From Octopus bimaculoides (lineage: Eukaryota), in NCBI RefSeq assembly GCF_001194135.2, contig NC_068984.1, positions 31,168,541 through 31,198,159 on the forward strand: DNA of 29,619 bases, given 5' to 3'. This document shows, piece by piece, positions 20,781 through 29,619 of this stretch; within the stretch, counting starts at the first letter, position 1; each line of letters begins with the position of its first letter. A program made the translations under genes and the position numbers. Under the pieces are notes generated by a model. It saw only the letters and a list, made by a program, of their open reading frames with translations, was not told where the DNA came from and searched no databases.

Positions 20781-21470
20781 TGTTTCCTTCACTAATGCTT
20801 ATCAACTAGTGTTAGTTTCTTTGTATCTCCCTAAACTAACAGTTCAGAATATGTATAAGCCTTAAAAGATTAACAATTCATTCTACTACAACCCTTCAAG
20901 GCAGTGCCCCAGTATGGCCAAAATACAATGACTATAGCAAGCAACAGATAAAAGACAGTAGTTGTATAACTGACACATAAATATATGAAGTATTTAGTGA
21001 AAGTATTGAAATCCATGAAGCCAAACTTTTGACTGGTCTCTTCTAGAAATCTAAAAAGACAAAACAAAACAAAAGAATTTAGTTCCATCTTGTAATCAAC
21101 TCACCAGCATCATTTTCTAATTTTTCTCTTCAAGAATTAAGTGGACATTATCAAGCTGGAATATATTTCTGCTATATCAATTTTTAAATAGCAAAAGTCA
21201 TTATCAGAAACTAACTCTAGTTAAGACTTTATCCAAATTGGTTCTGCACTGATTAGATTCCTCATATCATTCTTGAATGATGAGGATAAGTATCGTGCTT
21301 AAAGATAATCAACAACAATTTTGTTGCACACATAATTTCATTTACTGTTCTTAACTCCGTACAACTTATAGTTACTAATATACATACATTTGCATGTATG
21401 TATATGTGTTGGGAAGCAGGGTGAATGGCTGGTTGTGTGCATGTGCGCATATTTATATATGTATGTATAT

Positions 21471-21790
21471 CATCATCATCGTCATCATTGTTTAACGTCC
21501 GCCTTCCATGCTAGCATGGGTTGGACGATCTGACTGAGGACTGGTGAAACCGGATGGCAACACCAGGCTCCAATCTAATTTGGCAGAGTTTCTACAGCTG
21601 GATGCCCTTCCTAACACCAACCACTCAGAGAGTGTAGTGGGTGCTTTTACGTGTCACCCGCACGAAAACGGCCACGCTCGAAATGGTGTCTTTTATGTGC
21701 CACCCGCACAAGCCAGTCCAGGGGCACTGGCAACGATCTCACTCAAAAATCCTACGGGAGCCAGTCAGGCGGTACTGGCAACGGCCACGC
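21471..21790 (-). mobile_element. Young RTE LINE 3' UTR fragment
   Basis: About 3 differences over ~130 nt from the copy at 13100-13245; includes the 67-bp repeat units and is truncated into (TC)n. Confidence 0.92.
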
Positions 21791-22048
21791 TCTCTCTCTC
21801 TCTCTCTCTCTCTCTCNNNNNNNNNNNNNNNNNNNNNNNNNNNNNNNNNNNNNNNNNNNNNNNNNNNNNNNNNNNNNNNNNNNNNNNNNNNNNNNNNNNN
21901 NNNNNNNNNNNNNNNNNNNNNNNNNNNNNNNNNNNNNNNNNNNNNNNNNNNNNNNNNNNNNNNNNNNNNNNNNNNNNNNNNNNNNNNNNNNNNNNNNNNN
22001 NNNNNNNNNNNNNNNNNNNNNNNNNNNNNNNNNNNNNNNNNNNNNNNN

Positions 22049-22083
<35 letters not shown>
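21790..22083. repeat. (TC)n / gap (N 21817-22048) / (TA)n
   Basis: Seen directly. Confidence 0.95.
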
Positions 22084-22087
<4 letters not shown>

Positions 22088-23029
22088 ATCGATGGACAGA
22101 CAGATAGGTCCCATTTTGGGTAGAGGGTGTGTATAGATGTAAGAAAAGTGATTTAGACAGCAATTATCATTACCATCACATCGTTTAGCATGCATGTTCT
22201 ATGCTAGCATGGTCTATATGGATTGTTACCCTTCCTAAAACTGACAACTTTACAGCATGCACTGGGTGTGTTACTTTACTTTTCCTGCCACCAGCATTAA
22301 TAAGGTTGCAAGGCTTTATACAAGAAGATAAGATAAGGGATTGATGTATGAGAGAACAGATCAGAACAGAACAGGTTTCTTGCTGTAGAGGAGCTACTTG
22401 GCATTCACAGTTTAGAAGGAAGGAGCGACTGGCATGGAGTTGGGAAGAGTTAAAAACTATGATAAGATGAGTTGGTGGGCTTTCATGGTACAAGGTGAGT
22501 AAAAGTGAGTGGAGACAGAAGAACTGGTGGATGGAGTTTTCAAGATTGTATGGAAGAATGAGAGATGGGGAATGGTTGAAGAGATGAATATAATGAAGGA
22601 TATATGTTCGGTAGTAGATATAATGAAAGGTGGATAAGGAGTGGAGGTGACTATTGATGCATGGGAGCTAAGAGCAGCAGAATAATAATGATGATACAGT
22701 AGACAGAGAAAGGATGAGAGAGAGAGAGAGAGAAAGAGAAATGATACATGGTTGGGTATGTTGCAAGAGGGTGGGGAGACAAAATAACAAGTTTAGTGCA
22801 TGGAAAGAGTGATAAGTCTAGCAGTGAAGAAGAGATAATTTGATCTCACAGATGGGTGATCAATGTAAAATGTTTGTGGAGAGGACTGTTCAAGGATGAC
22901 TGGTAGATGCTAGGTGAAATGATTCTAAGCAATGAGAAGGATTATTAAAGTAAAGCTGCATTTAAAAAATTGGTGGGTTGTGGTGGTGCCTTGTGGAGGA
23001 AATTTGGTGAAGGACCCAGTTGTGAATAT

Positions 23030-23250
23030 ACATACCCACATTCATTTCTCCCTGAACTTAATTTTGCTGAGATAAGTGAGTATTCTTTACAACAGCATCT
23101 CACCTGTCATCCTAGTTTTTGTCATGTCATCTGTAAAGTTCAGATTTCTGAGATCAGTTGTCACCATTTTGTCCCATATCTTCCTAAATATCCCTCTTCC
23201 ACAACCTTACATTAAGCAATCAGTTGTTCTTTAAACATTGTCATCATCCA
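23030..23250 (-). mobile_element. Old RTE ORF2 C-terminal remnant
   Basis: The minus strand gives CGRGIFRKIWDKMVTTDLRNLNFTDDMTK, matching CGRGRPRKTWDEVVKQDL..LGLTEAMTS of the 16535-18012 copy. Confidence 0.65.
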
Positions 23251-23267
23251 TATTCATCATATTTCTA

Positions 23268-23394
23268 CAGGGTGTCCACAAGGTCTGGGTACATGGAGTA
23301 AATAAAATCATAACATAAACAATTACATATAAGAAATAATAATTTCTTAAAGTATGTGTTAATCCCCAAGTACCCAGACTTTGTGGTCACCCTG
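23268..23394. mobile_element. Tc1/mariner-type MITE, 127 bp, 25-bp TIRs, TA TSD
   Basis: Left TIR cagggtgtccacaaggtctgggtac versus right TIR reverse complement cagggtgaccacaaagtctgggtac (23/25). TA at 23266-23267 and 23395-23396; no coding capacity. Confidence 0.9.
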
Positions 23395-23690
23395 TATACT
23401 GATAGAGCCTTCTTTCTTGCATCACACATGCATACACACGCATGCATGCACACGCACACACACATCACCATTATCATTCTCACCTTCATGGGTCATATGG
23501 AGTATACTGAGGCAGATTTTCTACTGCCAGAGACCCTTCCTTTTGCCAACCCATGCTTGTTTCCAAGCAAAGTACTATTTCTAGTATTTTCCCTCCAGCC
23601 AGATATCTTTTCACATAATAGTGAAAATGAATGACATTCATTTATAACAATCACATGAAGTCAACACTCCCTCACACACACATACACATA

Positions 23691-23849
23691 AAGGGCTTCT
23701 TTCAGTTTCTATCTATCAAACTCACAGAGTTTTAGCTGGCCCAGTGTTATGGTAGAAGACACTTGCCTAAGGTGTTACACAGCAGGAATGAACCTGGAAC
23801 GATGTGGCTGGAAAACAAACTGCATAACAACACAGCCATACTTGCACCT
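23691..23849 (-). mobile_element. SINE 5' half
   Basis: gggcttctttcagtttc...tagaagacacttgcctaaggtg...gaacctggaacgatgtgg...cacagccatac; same family as 15439-15838. Confidence 0.75.
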
Positions 23850-24285
23850 GACAGAGAATTTTCTACCTTCTGAGACAGTGTGGATGATAAACATTTGCAT
23901 TTAAATATACATATGTGAGCAATGTTTAACATTGTTGTATGTATGTATAAATGTATGAGAACACAATTGCAGTGCTTCCACATATATATTTATGTAACAA
24001 AATAACAAATAAAAAGGTCTGATGCATAAAAAATCAGAGCGAAAATAAAAGTATATTATAAAACATATTACTAGAACAATGCTAAACAGAAGATTTAATG
24101 ACTTTATATGTCTTATTTCATTCATAAAATCCGCCATGTTCTTTCAAAACAAAATATTTTTATCTATATAAAAATCCCTAGATTCTAAATAAACAAATAC
24201 TGATTGGAGTTTTATTCTTTTTGTCTGTCTTAATCTTACTATCATTATCAGAAATAAATCACAATTCTTACTAATTCAAAAGCTA

Positions 24286-24502
24286 TTTGTGTGTGTGTAT
24301 GTGTGTGTGTGTGTGTGTGCGTGCGTGTGTATGTGCATGCGTGCGTGCGTGTGTGTGTATGCATGTGTGTGCGCGTGTGTGTATATATATATATATATAT
24401 AAATATATCAATGCATATATATTTATGATGCATAAATATATATATATATATAGCATGTGTGTGTATATCATCACCATCATCATCATCATCATCATCATCA
24501 TT
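24286..24502. repeat. Compound (TG)n/(TGCG)n/(TA)n/(CAT)n microsatellite
   Basis: Seen directly; source of the overlapping junk ORFs at 24248-24658. Confidence 0.95.
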
Positions 24503-24869
24503 TTTACACCCACTTTTCATGCAAGCATAAGCTGGATAGGTAGACAAAATACAGCAGATAAGGAAACCATGTTTTACTTCAGTCTTGCAGGTTGGAAGAT
24601 CATGTTTTGGCATATCCTTTATAGCTAGATGCCTTTCATAAAACCGATCACATTTCAAAGTGTACTGGGTGCTGCATTCTTTTGTGGCATCAGCAGTGTT
24701 AAGGTTACCTTATAACTTGTAAGACTAAAGAGAATTTTTATATCCTGCATTGTCATTATACAATTTATCGTTCTAACCATTTGCAGAATGTACCTGATGA
24801 TTTTATGTGGTACCAGCACTGGTGTTATTGTCTTATTGCTCACAAAGTGAGAAAGAGACCTGAATCTAG

Positions 24870-25860
24870 GAGGAAGATATTCATTTTTATGAGAGTATGG
24901 TGGTCGGAAAAATAACAGAGAATAGTGTTGGGTTGAAGCAATGGAGGAGAAGGGGAAGGGTAGAGGGGAAGGGGAAGAGCAATGTCAGGATATAGTTTGA
25001 AGGAGAATTTCAATCAAATTGGTAATGATGGGGCAGATTGTGTAGGTGCAGACAGTTATGGCTATGTCTGTCCTCTTGTCATGCCTGTATGGGTTAGGTG
25101 TTGTGTGGGTTCAGTTTTTTTGGAATTACACAGATTTGTTGTTGAGAGATTATGGAAGGGTTGAAAGTGACAGAGGCTGTGTTAGGGAAGGGTATAATTG
25201 AAGGAAAAATGAAGAGTGGTATCAGGGTGGTTATGGTGGGTGTTTTAGAAAGTGATAGGAATGTGGAAGGTTTGAATAAGAATAGAAGTAGTGTTATCCT
25301 ATATTATTATACATGGTAGGTAAAATAGTTCATGAAGAAAAGATAAGATGGAAGGAAATAAAAATGAATAATAATAGGGCATGGGAAAAGTAGAGTCAAA
25401 GGATTATTAAGAAAGAATCAGAGTGATAAGGATTTTGAGCAGATTGATTAGGAAGAAAGGCAATGATATTGTGTGTTATATACAGATGAGTAGAGTAGGG
25501 CATAGAGAAATGGTAAGATGATGAAGAGTCAGAACATATTCTCAACGAAACATGCCCAAGAAATCATTGTGACAGAAGAATCAAGGTAAAGTGAGTAATG
25601 TTTTCCACAACGTAATTCCTTTCAGCTTAGGCATCATGATTCAGGATCAGACAGAACATATAGGGGTAGCAGGACATAAGAAGCAAAAGGAATAGGGAGA
25701 TACAACTCATGTTCTTCCTTTCAATTCTGGATGATATGATATGGATACTAAGAAAGAATAGAAGAGAAAAGCTTACAATAGAATAGATAGTGTGTTTAAT
25801 ATAAGGGTATAGGATAGGTAATAGTCAAGTGAGATGGAGATGTGTGTACTTTACAATAGG
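24870..25860 (-). mobile_element. Strongly purine-skewed tract, possibly a very old Penelope-like element remnant
   Basis: G/A-rich on the plus strand. Minus-strand translation gives weak matches (FQPFHNL..; VCTYTICPIITN) to the region preceding Penelope GIY-YIG domains. Identification is tentative. Confidence 0.28.
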
Positions 25861-25899
25861 AAAACTGGTCTATACTCTATTACACTGTTTCAAAGTGTA

Positions 25900-26713
25900 T
25901 TTTGTCAAGCTTTCATGGGATTTGGGGTCTTCTGAAGTGCCACATATTGCCAGTTAACACACTCTTTTGTCATCAATTTCATCAGTTGTAACATCTTGAG
26001 ATAATTTTTCACCATTGCATCTCAAGTCTTCCACAATCTCTCTCTTCTACAGGTACCATTCACTTCAGGCACTCAGCACTTGCTTATGAAGCTATCATCT
26101 TTCATTGAAATCATGGTCCATGCCACAGTCTCCTCTTTTGCATCCTTCATCTGATTTCTTAATCTTTCTGTTCATTTATATTTTTATCTTCATGCACATT
26201 AGTACGGCACATCAACACTTCATTGCTTTCAACCCTGCGTAGATTCTCCACATTAAAAGCTCACATCTTGCTATTGTGCAGCATGTACTTCATACAAAAA
26301 CCTCATAAAATTTGCTCTTGAACTTGAGGCAGAAGCTCTTAGCTTTTGGCAAGCACACAAGCTCCTGAATTTTCTTCAACCCATTTTTATTCTAGCTTTC
26401 AAATTTTGGGAGCAGCTTCACCCACTGCCAATTATGTAGTCAAGATAACAAAACCTATCAACTACTAGACAAACTTCTAAGCATTTGAGGAGCCTATTTT
26501 CCAAGTACTTTCAATACTTATTGTCCTAGTGTACCTGCTTTTATGAAACCTACATTTTTTATTTTAGTCCTACCTGCAATACAACTGCACTTCTGGCATT
26601 TTTATTGTTTACGGTGGGCATCCTTACAGAATTTATGCTAGTATCTTTACTGCAAACAGATCTTGTCTACTTGCCTTCTTAGTAAAACTTATGTTATTGC
26701 TAAATTTACTTTT
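25900..26713 (-). mobile_element. Older, heavily decayed copy of the same RTE LINE family
   Basis: The minus strand reads KVNLAIT.V..RRQVD..., VVDRFCYLD..GSG, KARIKMG*RKFRSL and ends near WQYVAL, collinear with 16760-17620. Confidence 0.8.
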
Positions 26714-26726
26714 TATAGATATATAT

Positions 26727-26890
26727 GTGAGTGGATGGCGTTAGGAAGGGCATCCAGCTGTAGAAACTCTGCCAAATTTAGATTGGAGCCTGGTGTTGCC
26801 ATCCGGTTTCACCAGTCCTCAGTCAAGTCGTCCAACCCATGCTAGCATGGAAAGTGGACGTTAAACGATGATGATGATGATGATGATGAT
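26727..26890 (+). mobile_element. Young RTE LINE 3' terminus with (GAT)n tail
   Basis: Two substitutions over ~130 nt versus 13110-13245; followed by (TA)n and a gap (N 26926-26961). Confidence 0.92.
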
Positions 26891-26891
26891 G

Positions 26892-26925
<34 letters not shown>

Positions 26926-27018
26926 NNNNNNNNNNNNNNNNNNNNNNNNNNNNNNNNNNNNATAGAGAAAAGGATAAAGAGAACAATGGTAAAGTTAGAA
27001 ATATATTTTATGGATAGA

Positions 27019-27067
27019 GTCTTACAGCTGTTTCAGGGAAGATCCAATGCATCCCTTCATCGGAGAC
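27019..27067 (-). ncRNA. Minimal type I hammerhead ribozyme motif (Penelope-associated type), U4C variant
   Basis: Minus strand 5'-GTCT CCGATGA AGGGA tgcattggatct TCCCT GAAAC AGCT GTA AGAC-3': stem I GTCT/AGAC, core C(C)GATGA, stem II AGGGA/TCCCT, GAAA, palindromic stem III ACAGCTGT, GUA cleavage triplet. Confidence 0.65.
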
Positions 27068-27370
27068 AGAGATAGTAGAGGAATCGGTTATTATATCTAT
27101 AAGCGGAGAGTTATAGTAGGAAGTGAGAGTGAGTGTGATGTGCTGAAAAAAGAAAGAAAGAACAGTACTTGGAGTGTAGCTTCATTCCAGTAGTAAGTAT
27201 CCGTGTAAATAATCCTTGTGGGAATTTTCTGGAGATAGTTGCTGTAGCAAAGGCTGAAATAGCAGAGGTGGATATATGTCATATCATGTCCAAAGTATAC
27301 TGCGTGTGTTTACTTGAAGGATGTCTCAAATCGGTATACAGCACTTACTCTGTATTACCTGTATCTTTGG
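27068..27370 (-). mobile_element. Probable Penelope-like element 3'/pseudo-LTR remnant upstream of the hammerhead
   Basis: Inferred mainly from adjacency to the hammerhead motif; only weak protein resemblance (LRHPSSKHTQY). Confidence 0.33.
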
Positions 27371-27799
27371 GTTTGGTTAAATCATATATATATATATATA
27401 TAAAGATATATATACACACACACGTACACACGACCACATCTTGTTTGTATGGTTTATAAATAATGACAATGTTTCTATAGCTGGATGCTCTTCCTAACAT
27501 CATCCTCTTTACAGAATGTACTGGGTGCATTTTATTGCGGTTCTAGCTCTTATGATGCCATCTTGTATCCTGCCAAATACATTTTCTCTGTTTGCAGGGG
27601 GCAACATGCAACAAAAATAATCATTTGACTAGGAGAGTAGGTAATTGCAGATGATAAACAGAGGTGGAAAAGAGAAAGAAGGAAACATACAATGGGGGAG
27701 GAAGTGTGAGGGATGTGACAACATTTTTATCTTTCGTAATGAATATGATTGAATAAAGGTGTATGTTATATAAGAATTGTTTCCAAATGACTGCTAATT

Positions 27800-27850
27800 T
27801 GCTAGTGTTGTTTACAACTGATTTGTCAAAAGCTTTTCAAACATTTTAAA
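27800..27850 (+). mobile_element. Very old CR1/L2-like RT remnant
   Basis: LVLFTTDLSKAF at 27802-27837 matches the (T)DLSKAFD RT motif; the flanks are too decayed to delimit the element. Confidence 0.3.
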
Positions 27851-28329
27851 TTCATTATATTCAGAAAAGGACTTCATTAAAATTTGATTCAAAAACCATA
27901 ATAGATCTTGCTGAATTCAGGAGTGATTTTCTTTCAAAGCACTCCTTGATTCTGGAGGCAAATAAGATTTGGAGATCATATATTTGTCAACAATGTGTTT
28001 GTGCATATATAAACACACACTTATGTTTTCTAATTACAATCCTTACAACTGCAAACCAATTAATATTACACAAAATGAGCTTGTCATTCTTGGGTTGACT
28101 TTGTAAGTAACCTTCCATAACTACATCAATTGTTTATATCAAAATATAAAAAAGAAATGTTTCAGAAAAGAAGGGACACTTATAACTAGAAAAAAATTAT
28201 GCAATTACAGTTCATTTTTGAATTATTGCCTCTTATTTGGCATTCTGTCATTGATTACTGAGTTTTTTCATTTCTTTTTGAAAGGGTCTGCTTCATGTCT
28301 TTCTATCTATCATGACAACATGATAAATA

Positions 28330-28950
28330 TTCTGCTAACATAAAAGATTTACTTATGTATTTCTATTTGAGAGGAGACAGCATCAACAATGAAGTAATTT
28401 GAATTTGGCCAAAATATCGATTTTATAGTATGACAGTTTACATCTATTCATTTCTCATGTAGGGCTGATACCTGTGAAACAGAATAGATGATACCACTTA
28501 GTCTTGGAAGCTGATGCTAAAAGGTGGTACATTCCACAATTAATGACCTTGCTTGATGAAATATGTTTGTCCTTCATGGCAGATTCAGGAAATGTTGTGA
28601 TAAATTAGGATGGTCTCCTACATGTCTTAAAAATCTTTGGCATCCAGATTTCAGAAATTTATATGGTTCAGTGTGCCCTAACTTGGTATGAAATCTCAAA
28701 ACTGAGTTTTATATACTGCATGATATTTTGAAAACAAAGTATGTGGAAATTACTTTCAACTTCTTTTAACATGAGTCCAGTGTTTAAAGAATACGAAGGA
28801 TATTTCTGAAGTAGAAATAACTGTGAATATTATTAAAGATGTCCACTTTAATATGGACGGTTAATTTTCTGGGGTAGGAACCTATTGAACTTCAGCCTTT
28901 TGGAAGCTTATCTTGAAGCATGCTAATTTAAATGCAATGAACCAGGAGCT
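28330..28950 (+). pseudogene. Possible second, much older piggyBac transposase remnant
   Basis: KRWYIPQLMTLLDE (28519-28560), then after a frameshift VLHGRF and KIFGIQI. This resembles the Y.P...L.IDE..VPF.GR....KYGIK segment around the first catalytic Asp. No TIRs found. Confidence 0.35.
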
Positions 28951-29359
28951 TCTAGTATACTATACTACTGAAGCGCTGTTTTGTGATTACACGAATCATT
29001 AACATAATGAGATTTGTAGATGTTTGTAGAAGAAAAAAAAAAAATCAATTATGTCAACGTTAGCATGGTTTTAACTCATAACTCTTTATAATTCTTATCT
29101 AGAGAACAACTCATACATGAGATAATCTTGTCTGGTATTCTAATACAGAGACAGTCTTCTAATTCCAAGATCTTTTTTTTTTTTAAACTTGAATGTTATT
29201 TTGTTTGTCTCCTTGTAGTTGCAATACTGTGTTACTGAATGTATTTATCACCATGATTTGATTACTTATTGAAGTCTTTGAAATTTCAGAAGTTTCAAAG
29301 TTATCTAGTTTTGCTTAGTTTTCTGGGATTTCTTGTTTATTATTATTTTCATTATTTTT

Positions 29360-29619
29360 GTTATTTACATGTGTGAATGAGTGTATATATGTGTAAGTGT
29401 ATTTGTGTGTATATTTATATATAAACATACGTATGTTTATAGATGTGTTTGTATATGCATTTATATGTACACACATATATATACACACACATATATATAT
29501 ATACATATATATACATACATATATATATATATATACATATGTATATATTTAATACACACACAAAGATACATACTTAAAATACATATACATATATATATAT
29601 GTATGCATATGTGTATATG
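29360..29619. repeat. Degenerate (TG)/(TA)/(CA)/(TACA) microsatellite
   Basis: Seen directly. Confidence 0.92.

Noticed and set aside
21104-21154. Minus-strand exon with strong G|GTGAGT donor
   Set aside because: All three frames contain stops from the plausible acceptors; at most a UTR or start exon, with no further support.
28570-28690. C2H2 zinc-finger-like peptide on the minus strand (GHTEPYKF...)
   Set aside because: It lacks the CxxC pair and His spacing; the plus strand is better explained as piggyBac debris.

Overview
AT-rich, microsatellite-dense eukaryotic DNA with five assembly gaps. The SINE and RTE-LINE families present point to an octopod (Octopus-like) genome; this is inferred from repeat recognition, not a search. 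No complete host gene, RNA gene or CRISPR array is visible, and most ORF-track entries are microsatellite, gap or transposon artefacts. The window is mainly layered mobile elements: (1) several RTE-clade LINE copies of different ages, whose ORF2 carries a PHD-like finger and whose 3' UTR has a ~67-bp repeat and a terminal stem-loop; (2) a ~2.7-kb decayed piggyBac (PGBD4-like) element with TTAA ends, degenerate TIRs and a nested SINE with a 15-bp TSD; (3) a 5'-truncated L1/Tx1-clade LINE with an (ATT)n tail; (4) a mariner 3' fragment, one clear MITE and one MITE-like hairpin; (5) many tRNA-derived SINE pieces. The most interesting signals are a minimal type I hammerhead-ribozyme fold of the Penelope type (27019-27067, minus), two phase-compatible candidate terminal exons (5063-5139 and 5867-6023, plus) encoding a GPI-signal-like C-terminus, and a 56-bp hairpin whose mismatches are mostly G-U wobbles (18011-18154). 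I see no convincing evidence of a wholly new multi-gene system.
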